Source of the DNA: an uncultured Chloroflexia bacterium
GTDB taxonomy: Bacteria > Chloroflexota > Limnocylindria > Limnocylindrales > CSP1-4
Reading direction: 5' to 3'
DNA length: 64,000 bases
Assembly (NCBI GenBank): GCA_963707215.1
Contig: CAVPPB010000003.1
Coordinates: forward strand, 1,440,001-1,504,000
Shown: piece after piece, positions 1 to 9,841 of the stretch
How positions within the stretch are numbered: the first letter of the stretch is position 1
Layout of the letters: each line of letters begins with the position of its first letter
Program-made: the position numbers and the translations under genes
Notes under the pieces: model-generated
Databases searched by the model: none
What the model saw: the letters and a program-made list of their open reading frames with translations, nothing else
What the model was told of the DNA's origin: nothing

Positions 1-48
1 CAGCGCCAGGGTCCCGGCAGCTCGACGCCCCGCCCCACCCGCCGCCGG

Positions 49-1719
49 ATGCAGGCCCGGCCGATGGCCGGCTATGGCGCCGGACGACCGCCGCGCCGCG
101 GCCCCGGCTGGTTGGGTCCGGCCGTCCTGGGCGGAGGCCTCCTCGTCATCGCCCTCCTGGTGCTCGGCCTGGGCCCGGCGCTCCTCACCAGCGGGGATGC
201 GGAGCCGTCACCGAGCGGCGCGGCTGCGGCCTCCACCCCACCGATCCGGACGATCCTGCCGGGGGCGACCCCCACCTCGGCGCCCTCACCGTCGCCGAGC
301 CCGTCGCCGGAGCCGGAGCGCTTCGCCCTCGCGGCCGTCGTCGACCTGACCGACAAGCGGGTCGGGATCACGGCCGAGGCCCTGGCCACGGCCGTCGACG
401 GGGGCGGGGCGATCCTGCCCTGCGGGCTGGCGTCACTGGAGATCGCCGGCTCCCCGGTCGACCTCGTCGGTCGCGACTGCGTGGAGCCGGAGGCAGTCGC
501 CGCAGCGGTCCGCGCCTCGGGCGGCGGCATCGGCCTGCTGCCGGTCGGACTGGTCGAGCCGGTGGTCAAGGCCCTCGAGGTCGACGGGGCCGACCTGTTC
601 GGCGCCGCCTCGGCGCGCGCGCTCCCCTACCCGGTGATCGCCACGGCGCCCGGGTACGAGGCCGGGTGGACCGCCTACGACGCCGACGACGTCCGGACGG
701 TCATGTCGACCGGCAGCGTCTGCCCCGACCGTGGGGTGAGCCTGCGGGCGGTCGTCGAGGGCAAGGGCTGGGACTGGACCCTCGCCGGCGGGACGGCGAA
801 GTACACCGGCATCGTCATGGACACCCGCTTCAGCGGCCCGGAGGGCAAGGGCTGGCCGGTCGTCAAGCCGGCCCGGACCGGCAACGAGGGCGCCGTCCGC
901 GAGCTGATGACCGAGGCCGACCTGGCCCTGACCGACTTCGAGTGCCCGATGATCAAGGACTTCAAGCAGCACAACAGCGGCACGGTCTTCTCGATCGACC
1001 CGCGGGTGGCCGACCTGCTGGCTCGCCACGGGGTGGACGTCGCGACCCTCGGCTCGAACCACATCGGCGACCAGGGCCGGAGCGGGGTCGTCCAGACCCT
1101 CGAGTACTTCGAGGCGGCCGGCGTCAAGACGGTCGGGGCCGGGCGGGACCTCGAGGAGGCGCTCCGGCCGGCGATCGTCGATGTCCGGGGCATCACCTTC
1201 GCGATCGTCGGCTTCGACGCGACCGGCGTCTCGCGGGCGGCGACCGCCACGAGCGCCGGCGTCTTCTCGTACTCGACGAAGAACGTCGAGGCGGCGATGA
1301 AGGCGGCGAGCGAGCAGGCCGACATCGTCATCGTCATGCCCCAATGGGGCTTCCCCGAGTACCACGCCGAGTTCACCAAGACCCAGCTGAAACAGATGCC
1401 CTACTGGTACGAGCTGGGCGGCGACGTGATCATCGGCCAGGGCACCCACTGGGCCAGCGCCGCCCAGTTGGAGCCCGGCGGCGATGCCGGCTACCGGTTC
1501 ACGATCTCGAGCATGGGCAACTTCCTGTTCCATCAGAGCTGGAGCCGCCAGACGATGGAGGGCGTCCTGCCGGAGCTGGCCTTCGTCGGCCAGAAGCTCG
1601 TCCGGGTCCGCCTCCACCCGTACGTCGTCGTCGACTGGGCCCAGCCGAACCTGACCGACGCGACGGCCGACGGCGCCTACGTGCTCGACCAGGTCTGGGA
1701 GGTCAGCCGGCTGCCCTGA
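49..1719 (+). CDS. CapA/PGA_cap family metallophosphoesterase-fold membrane protein
   Basis: N-terminal TM helix and Pro/Ser linker; CapA-like motifs GSNHIGDQG, QWGxxEY, SMGNFLF; true start may lie upstream of the window. Confidence 0.8.
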   Translation: MQARPMAGYGAGRPPRRGPGWLGPAVLGGGLLVIALLVLGLGPALLTSGDAEPSPSGAAAASTPPIRTILPGATPTSAPSPSPSPSPEPERFALAAVVDLTDKRVGITAEALATAVDGGGAILPCGLASLEIAGSPVDLVGRDCVEPEAVAAAVRASGGGIGLLPVGLVEPVVKALEVDGADLFGAASARALPYPVIATAPGYEAGWTAYDADDVRTVMSTGSVCPDRGVSLRAVVEGKGWDWTLAGGTAKYTGIVMDTRFSGPEGKGWPVVKPARTGNEGAVRELMTEADLALTDFECPMIKDFKQHNSGTVFSIDPRVADLLARHGVDVATLGSNHIGDQGRSGVVQTLEYFEAAGVKTVGAGRDLEEALRPAIVDVRGITFAIVGFDATGVSRAATATSAGVFSYSTKNVEAAMKAASEQADIVIVMPQWGFPEYHAEFTKTQLKQMPYWYELGGDVIIGQGTHWASAAQLEPGGDAGYRFTISSMGNFLFHQSWSRQTMEGVLPELAFVGQKLVRVRLHPYVVVDWAQPNLTDATADGAYVLDQVWEVSRLP

Positions 1720-1849
1720 GGCGCCTCCTCGGCGTCCGACGGCGGAGGCAGGCCGGATCGGCCCGAATGGCGGTGTCCAGGCCGGACTGGTTCGATCTTC
1801 GCGGCAGGCGGACCGGGTGAGTCGCCGGTGGCGGCCGGGCGGTCGGCTC

Positions 1850-2764
1850 CTACGGCTCACGAAGCGGATCGAGTCCACGATCGCCTCGAGCTCGGCGAGG
1901 TCCTCGGCCGGCGCCTCGGGGGCCGAGTAGACCTCGATGACGACGCGCTCACCGTCGACATCGACGATGCGCAGGTCCAGGGTCTGGCCGGGGCCTCCTG
2001 CCCGATAGCGAGCGCCCCCGTCAGTGGCGATCCAGTCCGTGTACTGGGTTCCGACGCACGCCTCGAAATCGACGTCCTCCGGGGTGGTCAGGGCGAGCCG
2101 CTGCCCGAGGTGACCGTCGACGGAGGCGGGCCCGATCGAGCCGTCGACGAAGTCGTCGCGCGTCGAGAACGCCTCGACTAGCGCATCGACGCCGCCGCCG
2201 ACCGGCGGATCCAGCCACTCGGCGGCGCACGGGTCCACGGTGATGTTCGAGATAGGCCAAACAAGGTTGAAGGCGCTTCCGGTCGGCCAGTCGTCGCCCG
2301 GCCTCCTATCCACGCGCCGTCGAAGGTCATCCCATCGGGGACATCGAGGATGACCCAAAGCGTCGTGGTGACCGGGACGTAGTACTGACCAGCGGACACG
2401 GTCGTCCGTCGGCCGGCAGCGCCGACGGCGTCGGGGCAGGGGTCGAACCCGGCGTCGGGTCCGGCGAGGGACTCGGTGAGGGACTGGCCGACGGAGCGGG
2501 GGATGCGCCACCCACCGCCGGTGCGGCCGGCCCGTCGAGCAGGTTGAGGCCCAGGAGGGAGACGGCCATGACGGCCGCGGCCCCCAGGGCTAGTTTGATA
2601 GCGGTGTTCATCTCGGGCAACCTCCGCGCCGGCCACGGGGCACGGCGCTGGGGGGTCGCGGGGAGCTGGTCGATCACGGCGTCCAGGACGCGGCCCGGAA
2701 GGACCGTGACGCCATCCCCCAGCCACGACCGAACGACGCGCGTGGTCTCGGGATCTGAGCTCAT
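1850..2764 (-). CDS. Single-pass membrane protein (anti-sigma-like N-terminus, extracytoplasmic C-domain), frameshifted
   Basis: ATG at 2764 (MSSDPETTRVVRSWL...VLDAV...TPQRR, TM, PS-rich linker); continues across three frames (ORFs 2327-3268, 2178-2726, 433-2511) to ...IVDSIRF; probable TAG at 1850-1852. Confidence 0.6.
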
Positions 2765-2841
2765 CGAACAGCCTCCCTGGCCACCGGCCGCAGATCGGCG
2801 TCGAGCGCCGCTCGCAGCCCGCGCATCGCGTAGTGGAGCCA
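2761..2841 (-). pseudogene. C-terminal remnant of an ECF sigma factor
   Basis: Reads WLHYAMRGLRAALDADLRPVAREAVR* (sigma region-4 tail type 'SRLHYA..LRAAL'); its TGA overlaps the next ATG (ATGA); no sigma-like sequence upstream. Confidence 0.55.
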
Positions 2842-2960
2842 GCGATCCGCAGGGGTGAGGCGGACCGACGGGTCCCCCCACACCGTACGAACGCCCCGGT
2901 ACCCGAGCGCCCTCGACCGACCTATCGTCAGGGGTCGGAGGGACGATCAACGGAGGTGGC

Positions 2961-4308
2961 GTGGAGCTGGCGATCGCCCTCGTCGGGCAGGCATCCAGGC
3001 GAGGGATCATCCCCCGAACCCCGGAGTCGAGGGCCTTCCTCGAGGAAGCAGCGGCCTGGGTCCGGGGTGAGCATCCCGATGTAGTGCGTTCGTCCCGGGT
3101 GACCTCGGCGACCCCGGGCGCCGGACGGGAGGGCGGCGGCAAGGCCGACGGCAGGGCCGGTGACAAGGCCGCCGCGATGACCGAGCTGCGCCTGTCGCTC
3201 CACCCGGCTGCCCGCGACGTGGTCATCACCGCGGATGAGCGTGGGCGGCTGGCCGCCCGGGCCGTCACGACCCCGGTGGGCCCCGGCTACCACACCTTCG
3301 TGGGCCGACTCTTCCAGCGGCTGGGCGAGGAGCTGGGGATCGCCTGGGCCGGGCCCGACGGTCCGGAGCCGTCCTCGGACCCGACCGGGTTCGTCGCGTC
3401 CGGCGACCGTCGGGACGCCGAGCGGGGACACCTCGGGCTGGCTCGGTGCCGAGCTGGTCCGGGCCCGCGAGTCGCGCCGCTCCGGCATGCCGACCGTCCA
3501 CCTGGGGACCCCGCCCGGGATCCGCTTCCAGGTCGACGCCGCCCTGGCGACGCCGATGGGCCCCCACGACGACGCCTGGCTGGAGCAGGCCGCCGCTGAT
3601 CCCAGGCTGGCCGCCACCGTCTGGCCCTGGTTCACGGACGCCTTCGATGCCCAGAACCGCCTGGCCAGGGCGCTCTGCCTGATGTGGACCGAGATCCGCT
3701 GGCGGCGGCCCGCCGACGAGGCCGAGCGGGAGGTGATCGAGGAGACGCTCCGCCTGCTCCGTCGCGCCTACCCCATGGATCCGTCGCTGCCGTTCCCCTG
3801 GCGGGAGTGGCTCGAGCTGGCCGGGCTGGCCGGCGGGGGCGACCCGATGACGGAGCTCCTCGAGGAGCAGGCGAGAACGGTCGATCCGGCGACGCCCCCG
3901 ATCGGCTACCGCCGTCGCCCGGTGACCGTCATCCACGAGGGTTGGGCCCTCACGGTGCCCGGCGGCTACTCGGAGCGACGCTCGACCGAAGAGTGGTCCG
4001 GTGGCGAGGGCGGCCGGTCCGTGACGCTGGCAGCCGTCCGGACCGGGGCGAACGGCCGGCCGATGCCGCCCGAGTCGTTCCTCCACCAGGTCGCCGGCCA
4101 CCTGGGCTCCGATGCCCTGGAACACCGGGCCGGCGAGGTCCTGGGCCGGGCCAGGATCGGGGCCGCCGACGCCAACGGGATCTCCCTTGGGGTCGTCGAG
4201 GGCTACGCGGCGACGACCGGCCGCGGGGCCGCCATCCGGGTCGAGTTCGACGACCCGTCCGACTGGCAGTGGGCGCTCGACCAATGGCGGTCGCTCCGGC
4301 CCGCCTGA
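2961..4308 (+). CDS. Hypothetical protein of about 450 aa, one frameshift near 3436
   Basis: GGAGG RBS before GTG; ORFs 2961-3599 and 3235-4308 join in a G-run (…GHLG/WLGAELV…); GC-coding style throughout. Confidence 0.7.
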
Positions 4309-4329
4309 TCTGGTCGGTGAGGGCTGTTC

Positions 4330-4809
4330 TCAGGCGGGGTCCCGGACCGGCACGAGGCGGATGATCGGGATCCGCCGGTCCGTCGCTCGGGCGTACCGCT
4401 CGTAGGTCGGGTCACGCTCGAGGATCCGCGACCACCAGGAGCGAGCATCGGCACCGTCGAGCTCCTCGACCCGGACCTCGATCGACCGCCCCTTGACCTC
4501 GACACGGGCCGCGGGCTCCGCGGTCAGGTTGTGGTACCAGCCCGGGTGCGACGCGCCCCCATCGTTCGCCGCCGCCACGACCATCGCCTCGCCGTCGGGG
4601 AAGAACTGGAGGACGACGGTCCGCTCGCGCCCGGACCGCCGGCCACGGGTCGTGAGGAGGAGCGCATCGACCTTCCAGGGTTTCGCGATGCCACCCTTCG
4701 TACGCCGGAAGACCCAGACGCCGAGCGGCGAGAGCCAGCGGTCGAGCCCTCGGTGGAGGAACAGGCCCACCCGCTCCTTGCGCGTCAGGCGGTCACCTGT
4801 CGATGCCAT
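4330..4809 (-). CDS. Deazaflavin (F420)-dependent nitroreductase, DDN family
   Basis: LLLTTRGRRSGRER, AANDGG..HPGWYHNL, YERYARATDRRIPIIRL motifs. Confidence 0.9.
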   Translation of the reverse strand: MASTGDRLTRKERVGLFLHRGLDRWLSPLGVWVFRRTKGGIAKPWKVDALLLTTRGRRSGRERTVVLQFFPDGEAMVVAAANDGGASHPGWYHNLTAEPAARVEVKGRSIEVRVEELDGADARSWWSRILERDPTYERYARATDRRIPIIRLVPVRDPA

Positions 4810-5357
4810 CAGGTCCGGGCACCGCCCTTCGTGGCGCCCACGGCCGCGGCGCCGAGCCGGCCCCCCCAGGCTCTCGCGCGCTCCAGCTCGCCATCGATCA
4901 GGCGATCGACGACCGGACCGGTCGGTCCACCGACATGGAAGCTCTCCGGCGGGACGAACGTCCGGATCCGAGCCCTCCAGAGCTGCTTCGCGGCGCTCTG
5001 AGCGGCGGAGCCCCAGAGCAGCCCCGGCCCCTTGATCCGGGTGTCGAACAGGGCGATCCGCGGGACGAGTGCCGCATCCGCCACCGTCTCGAGCCACTCC
5101 CGGATCCCGATCCCCGGCGAGACGAGCCCCGGCTCGAACCGCTTGGCCGAGTCGGCCCGCGACTTGGCCGTCGACATCCCGTGGGCATGGGTCGGGCCGC
5201 CGACGACGATCAGGGCGACGTCCTCGGGGAGCTCGGCGGGGGCCGCGCCGACCTCGACCAGCTCGACATCGGCGTGCGCTCGCAGGCCGTCGGCGATGGC
5301 CGCAGCGACGTCGCGGGTGTTGCCGAACATCAATTCGTAGACGACCAGGGCGCGCAT
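4809..5357 (-). CDS. Flavodoxin domain protein
   Basis: MRALVVYELMFGNTRDVA, IVVGGPTH, FDTR flavodoxin motifs; translationally coupled to the DDN gene. Confidence 0.85.
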   Translation of the reverse strand: MRALVVYELMFGNTRDVAAAIADGLRAHADVELVEVGAAPAELPEDVALIVVGGPTHAHGMSTAKSRADSAKRFEPGLVSPGIGIREWLETVADAALVPRIALFDTRIKGPGLLWGSAAQSAAKQLWRARIRTFVPPESFHVGGPTGPVVDRLIDGELERARAWGGRLGAAAVGATKGGART

Positions 5358-5480
5358 CGGACGAGTCTCCCGAGGGCTCGGTCGGAGGGCAGGAATGCAG
5401 GCTCGACGGTGGGCCACCGAGACCTTGATGGAGTAGAGCCGACCGGACCGATGGCCGGCTTCGAAGGACCTGGGCACCGG

Positions 5481-5508
5481 TGACTCATGCCGATGAGTCA
5501 GATAGCCT
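5481..5508 (+). promoter_or_regulatory. Perfect inverted repeat TGACTCAT-N4-ATGAGTCA (putative VapBC operator) plus -10 TAGCCT
   Basis: Palindrome 5481-5500; TAGCCT at 5503-5508, 7 nt before the antitoxin ATG. Confidence 0.65.
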
Positions 5509-5515
5509 TCTGAGC

Positions 5516-5773
5516 ATGACCAAACGCCTGCAGGTCCTTCTCGACGACGAGGAGCTCGCGGAGATCCAGGAGCTCGCTCGGCGTCGGCACCAGACCACCG
5601 CCGCCTGGGTCCGCGAGGCCCTGCGACGGGCCCGGGACACCGCGAGCTACCCGGAAGCATCCCGGAAGCTCCGGGCCGTCCGCGAGGCGTCTGCCCATGC
5701 CTACCCGGTCGGCGACATCGACGAGATGGTGGCCGAGATCGAGCGCGGGTACAGCGAGGCCGACCCGCCGTGA
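5516..5773 (+). CDS. vapB: Antitoxin, ribbon-helix-helix (CopG-like) VapB
   Basis: [17 protein letters not shown]-like N-terminus; GTGA overlap with PIN gene. Confidence 0.8.
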   Translation: MTKRLQVLLDDEELAEIQELARRRHQTTAAWVREALRRARDTASYPEASRKLRAVREASAHAYPVGDIDEMVAEIERGYSEADPP

Positions 5774-6162
5774 TCTTCGTGGACTCGAGCGTCCCCATGT
5801 ACCTCGTGGGGGCCGAGCATCCCCACAAGGCACGGGCACGCCAGCTCCTCGAGCGGGCGATCACGGACGGCGAGATCCTCGTCACCGATGCGGAGGTCCT
5901 CCAGGAGATCCTCCACCGCTACGTCGCGATCGGGCGGCGAGAGGCGATCGGGCCAGCCTCGGAAGCCCTGCTCGGCGTGGTCGATGCGGTCCACCCGGTC
6001 GAGCGGATCGACGTCGAGCGGGCAGCCAGGCTGGTCATGGAGACCTCGCTGTCGGCGCGCGACGCGATCCACCTGGCGATCATGCGACGCCGCGAGGTGG
6101 ACCGGATCCTGACCTTCGACCGTGCCTTCGACGACGTCGCCGGCGTGACCCGTCTGGCCTGA
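5770..6162 (+). CDS. vapC: PIN-domain toxin VapC
   Basis: [28 protein letters not shown] acidic PIN residues. Confidence 0.9.
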   Translation: MIFVDSSVPMYLVGAEHPHKARARQLLERAITDGEILVTDAEVLQEILHRYVAIGRREAIGPASEALLGVVDAVHPVERIDVERAARLVMETSLSARDAIHLAIMRRREVDRILTFDRAFDDVAGVTRLA

Positions 6163-6199
6163 GGCCGACCCGACGCCCATCCGGGCGCGGTCGGCTGAG

Positions 6200-6595
6200 C
6201 TATGCCTCGCCGGTCGCCGCTACCAGCTCCGCATGGCGGGCCACCGCCTCGCGCACGAGTCGACCGACGAGGTCCCCATCGACCGGCGAGCCCGTCACCA
6301 GGTCGAGCGTGGCCAGGTGGCTGCTACCCGGCCGGAGGATCCCCTCCCCCTCGCGGAGCATCGTCCCGTAGAGGAACCGCAGGTGGACGCCCTGCTTCGT
6401 CGTGCCCTCGATGGCGCAGATCCAGGTCCGCCAACGGCCGCCCAGGGTGTACGTGAGCATCCGGTACTTGACGGCGCAGGTGAGCTCGGGACCAGCCCCG
6501 CGGACCAGTCGATCGAGCTCTCGGACGACGGGCGTCCGAGCAGGATCCACGCCGGCAAGGTAGTCCTCGAGCGGCGAGGCATCGGAGGTGGTCAT
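6200..6595 (-). CDS. DUF1801 (YdhG-like) domain protein
   Basis: LEDYLA...ELDRLVRGAGPELTCAVKY...VHLRFLYG...DLVGRLVREAV; C-terminal 131 aa of ORF 6200-8047. Confidence 0.7.
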   Translation of the reverse strand: MTTSDASPLEDYLAGVDPARTPVVRELDRLVRGAGPELTCAVKYRMLTYTLGGRWRTWICAIEGTTKQGVHLRFLYGTMLREGEGILRPGSSHLATLDLVTGSPVDGDLVGRLVREAVARHAELVAATGEA

Positions 6596-6709
6596 CGGCG
6601 GGGCTCCTCGGCGGATCGCGGACACGGGTAGGATGGGGCATCCGCCCGGAGGGATCGATGTCGAGCGTCCCGGATCCCGCCACTCCCCACCGGGATCGTC
6701 GCTGATCCG

Positions 6710-7894
6710 ATGCTGACCCGGACCGAGCCGGCCTGCCTGGTCATCGCCGACATCTCCGGCTACAGCGGCTACCTGATCGGGGTCGAGCTCGACCACGCCC
6801 AGGATGTGATCGCCGACCTGATCGACACCGTCGTCGGTGCCCTCCGGCCGTCGCTCAAGCTCGCCAAGCTGGAGGGCGACGCGGCGTTCGTCTACCTGCC
6901 CGCCGCGACCGTGGATGGGCCCGGCTTCCGTGACGTCATCGAGCGCTGCTACTTCGCCTTCCAGCGACGGCTCCGCGACATCCGCCAGGCGTCCACCTGC
7001 GAGTGCAACGCCTGCGATCGCATCCCCAGCCTGGACCTCAAGTTCGTGGCCCATCACGGGACCGTGGCACGACAGCGGATGGCCGGCCAGGACGAGCTGG
7101 TCGGCGGCGACGTCATCGTCGTCCACCGACTGCTCAAGAACCACGTGGTGGGCCAGCTCGACATCCCCGCGTACGCGCTCTTCACCGAGGCGCTGCTTGC
7201 GGCGATGGGCGTCGTCGACCCCGCCGCGGACGGCTTCGTGGAGCATCACGAGACCTACGAGACGGTCGGCGACATCGCCGCCTGGGTCACCGATCTCCAT
7301 GCCGCGTGGGATGCGCAGCGCGAGCGGGACCGGGTCCTGGTCACCGACGAGGACGCCGTCGTGACCGTGACGATCAGAGTCCGGGCCCCCCAGGACGTCG
7401 CCTGGGAGTGGACCACCTCTCCGATCCGGCGGATCCGCTGGGAGGCCGGCCTGACAGACATCGCCGAGGAGCCCGTCGCCGGCCGGCGAGGACGTGGAAC
7501 GGTGAACCACTGCATGCACGGCAAGCAGGTCATCGTTGAGGAGGTCCTCGACTGGCAGCCTCCTCGCCACATCACGAAGCGCATCACGATGCCGATGCGG
7601 GGCATGCCGCGACCGGTCGTGACGATGGAGCTGTCGCCGACGGACGACGGCACGACGATCACCTGGCGGATCGGCCGCCCGAGGTCGGCCAAGGACCGGG
7701 TGATCCTCAAGGCCATGGAGGCCCAGCTCCGGGGCAACGCGGAGCGTGATGCCGCCAGCCTGATCCCGCTCGTCGAGGCCGACGCGGCCGAGCGCCTGGG
7801 CGGCCAGGCCGACGAGCCCGAGGTGGCCGCGGGCCGCGCCCGACATCTTCGTGAGCCGGTGCGCCGCTCGGGCGCGCCGCTCAAGGAGACCTAG
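6710..7894 (+). CDS. DUF2652 (class III nucleotide cyclase-like) domain fused to SRPBCC/START-like domain
   Basis: IADISGYS, KLEGDA, CECNAC, LKFVAHHG, VHRLLKN; C-terminal IRVRAPQDVAWEW...NHCMHG...EEVLDWQP. Confidence 0.8.
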   Translation: MLTRTEPACLVIADISGYSGYLIGVELDHAQDVIADLIDTVVGALRPSLKLAKLEGDAAFVYLPAATVDGPGFRDVIERCYFAFQRRLRDIRQASTCECNACDRIPSLDLKFVAHHGTVARQRMAGQDELVGGDVIVVHRLLKNHVVGQLDIPAYALFTEALLAAMGVVDPAADGFVEHHETYETVGDIAAWVTDLHAAWDAQRERDRVLVTDEDAVVTVTIRVRAPQDVAWEWTTSPIRRIRWEAGLTDIAEEPVAGRRGRGTVNHCMHGKQVIVEEVLDWQPPRHITKRITMPMRGMPRPVVTMELSPTDDGTTITWRIGRPRSAKDRVILKAMEAQLRGNAERDAASLIPLVEADAAERLGGQADEPEVAAGRARHLREPVRRSGAPLKET

Positions 7895-8015
7895 CCCGAT
7901 CGAGGAGTCGGGCCGTCCACCCCTGTCCGGCCTGACCTGCCCGGGTGGACTACCGTAGGGACGGACCCGCGGTCCGGGCCTTGGCCGGACGGGTCCCGGG
8001 CACGGAGGGTGCGCC

Positions 8016-8960
8016 TTGACCGAGCCGATCCTGGCCGAAGGGCTCACGAAGTACTACGGCAAGCGCCGTGGCCTCGACGGGCTCGACCTGGAGGTCCGCC
8101 GGGGCGAGGTCTACGGCTTCCTCGGGCCCAATGGGGCAGGCAAGACGACGACGATCCGGATCCTGCTCGATCTCATCCGCCCGACGAAGGGGACCGCATC
8201 GGTTCTCGGCGAGGCGCCCCGTCCTGGCGGGACCGCCCTGCGGCGACGGCTCGGCTACCTGCCCGGCGACTTCCTGGTGAACGGCGGCCAGTCGGTCCGC
8301 GAGCTGCTGACGTACCTCGGGAACCTCCGCGGTGGCGTCGCACCGGCACGGATCGAGACGCTCGCCCAACGCTTCGACCTGGAGCTGGCGGCGCGGATCG
8401 GCAGCCTCTCTCGGGGCAATCGCCAGAAGGTCGCGGTCGTCCAGGCCTTCATGCACGAGCCGGAGCTGCTCATCCTCGACGAGCCCACGACCGGACTCGA
8501 TCCGCTCATGCAGCAGCGCTTCCTCGACCTGGTGGGCGAGGCCCGGGCGGCGGGCCAGACCGTCTTCATGTCCTCCCACGTCCTGAGCGAGGTCCAGCAG
8601 AGCGCCGACCGGGTCGGCATCGTCCGGGACGGGAGCATGGTCGCGGTCGAGGCCGTCGAGACGCTCCGCCGGCGGGCCGTCCGCCGGGTCGAGGTCGTCT
8701 TCGACGAGCCCGTTCCTGCCGACACCTTCGCCGGCGTGCCGGACCTGCTCGAGGCGACCGTGGACGGACGGATCCTGCGGGGTCGGCTGGCCGGTCGACC
8801 CGACCCGTTCGTCAAGGCGATCGGACGCTTCGGCGTCGACAGCCTGACCGTGGACGAACCCGACCTGGAGGAGTTGTTCTTCATCTACTACCAGGATCAC
8901 GGCCAGGGCGACGAGCCGGGGCAGGACATCGGCACGAGGGAGGCCGGCGATGCTCCGTAG
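8016..8960 (+). CDS. ABC-2 exporter ATP-binding protein
   Basis: GPNGAGKTT, LSRGNRQK, LILDEPT, SSH. Confidence 0.95.
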   Translation: MTEPILAEGLTKYYGKRRGLDGLDLEVRRGEVYGFLGPNGAGKTTTIRILLDLIRPTKGTASVLGEAPRPGGTALRRRLGYLPGDFLVNGGQSVRELLTYLGNLRGGVAPARIETLAQRFDLELAARIGSLSRGNRQKVAVVQAFMHEPELLILDEPTTGLDPLMQQRFLDLVGEARAAGQTVFMSSHVLSEVQQSADRVGIVRDGSMVAVEAVETLRRRAVRRVEVVFDEPVPADTFAGVPDLLEATVDGRILRGRLAGRPDPFVKAIGRFGVDSLTVDEPDLEELFFIYYQDHGQGDEPGQDIGTREAGDAP

Positions 8961-9744
8961 CGTCTTCGGCAAGGCCCTTTGGGACCAGCGTCGCTCGCTG
9001 CTCGGCTGGGTCGTCGGCATCGCGGGCGTGGGGCTCCTCTACGCGGCCTTCTACCCGGTCGTCAACACGCCCGAGATGCGCGACGCGATCGCGGCCTACC
9101 CGGAGGGCCTCCTCCAGGCGATCGGCTTCACCGACGTCACCTCGGCCGCCGGGTACCTCGGCTCAACGACGTTCGGTCTGCTCGGGCCGGCCCTGGTCAT
9201 CGTCTTCGCGGCCGCCGTCGGAGGATCGGCCATCGCCGGTGACGAGGAGGCCGGCCGCATCGACCTGACCCTGTCCCACCCGGTGTCGCGCTGGAGCCTG
9301 GCCTGGCAGCGGTTCGCGGCGATCGTCGTGGGCATGCTCCTCGCCGGGATCGTGCTGGCCATCGGGCTCGTCGCCATCTCCGGTCCGGCCGACCTGGGCG
9401 AGATCGCCACGGCGAACCTCCTCGCCGCCTCGATCCAGCTGGCGATCATGGGCACCTTCTTCGGGGCCCTCGCACTCGGGATCGGGGCCGCGACCGGGCG
9501 CCGTGCGCTCGTCTACGCCGCCGTGGCCATCGTCGGTGTCGGCGGCTTCCTGGGCTACAACCTCGCCCCCATGGTCGAGGGTCTGGCCTGGCTGGCCGAC
9601 ATCTCGCCGTTCCGCTTCTATCTCGGCGGCGAGCCGCTGGTGAACGGCTTCCAGGTCGTCGACTCGGCGGTCCTCGTGGGGGCCGCCCTCGTGCTGGTGA
9701 CGGCCGGCGGGTTCGCCTTCGACCGGCGCGACCTGGCCGTCTAG
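8950..9744 (+). CDS. ABC-2 exporter permease
   Basis: 6 TM segments, AGDEEAGRIDLTLSHPVSR, C-terminal FDRRDL. Confidence 0.9.
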   Translation: MLRSVFGKALWDQRRSLLGWVVGIAGVGLLYAAFYPVVNTPEMRDAIAAYPEGLLQAIGFTDVTSAAGYLGSTTFGLLGPALVIVFAAAVGGSAIAGDEEAGRIDLTLSHPVSRWSLAWQRFAAIVVGMLLAGIVLAIGLVAISGPADLGEIATANLLAASIQLAIMGTFFGALALGIGAATGRRALVYAAVAIVGVGGFLGYNLAPMVEGLAWLADISPFRFYLGGEPLVNGFQVVDSAVLVGAALVLVTAGGFAFDRRDLAV

Positions 9745-9841
9745 ACGAGGCAGACCGGGGACCCTTCGGTCCGGAGGACCCTTGGCTGCTGTGCGATGGC
9801 CTCGTACGGTCGTCCGGCGTCCGACCCGAAGGAGGACCGAG

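Noticed and set aside
270-320. Short tandem repeats encoding PSPSPS or PTPTPT (also about 2450-2500, 13150-13270, 50440-50490)
   Set aside because: Ordinary low-complexity linkers of secreted proteins, not DNA-level repeat elements
9755-9785. DosR-like box (GGACC-CTTC-GGTCC, repeated GGACCCTT) upstream of the nucleoside hydrolase
   Set aside because: Spacing does not match the DosR consensus and it could simply be a terminator hairpin of the ABC operon
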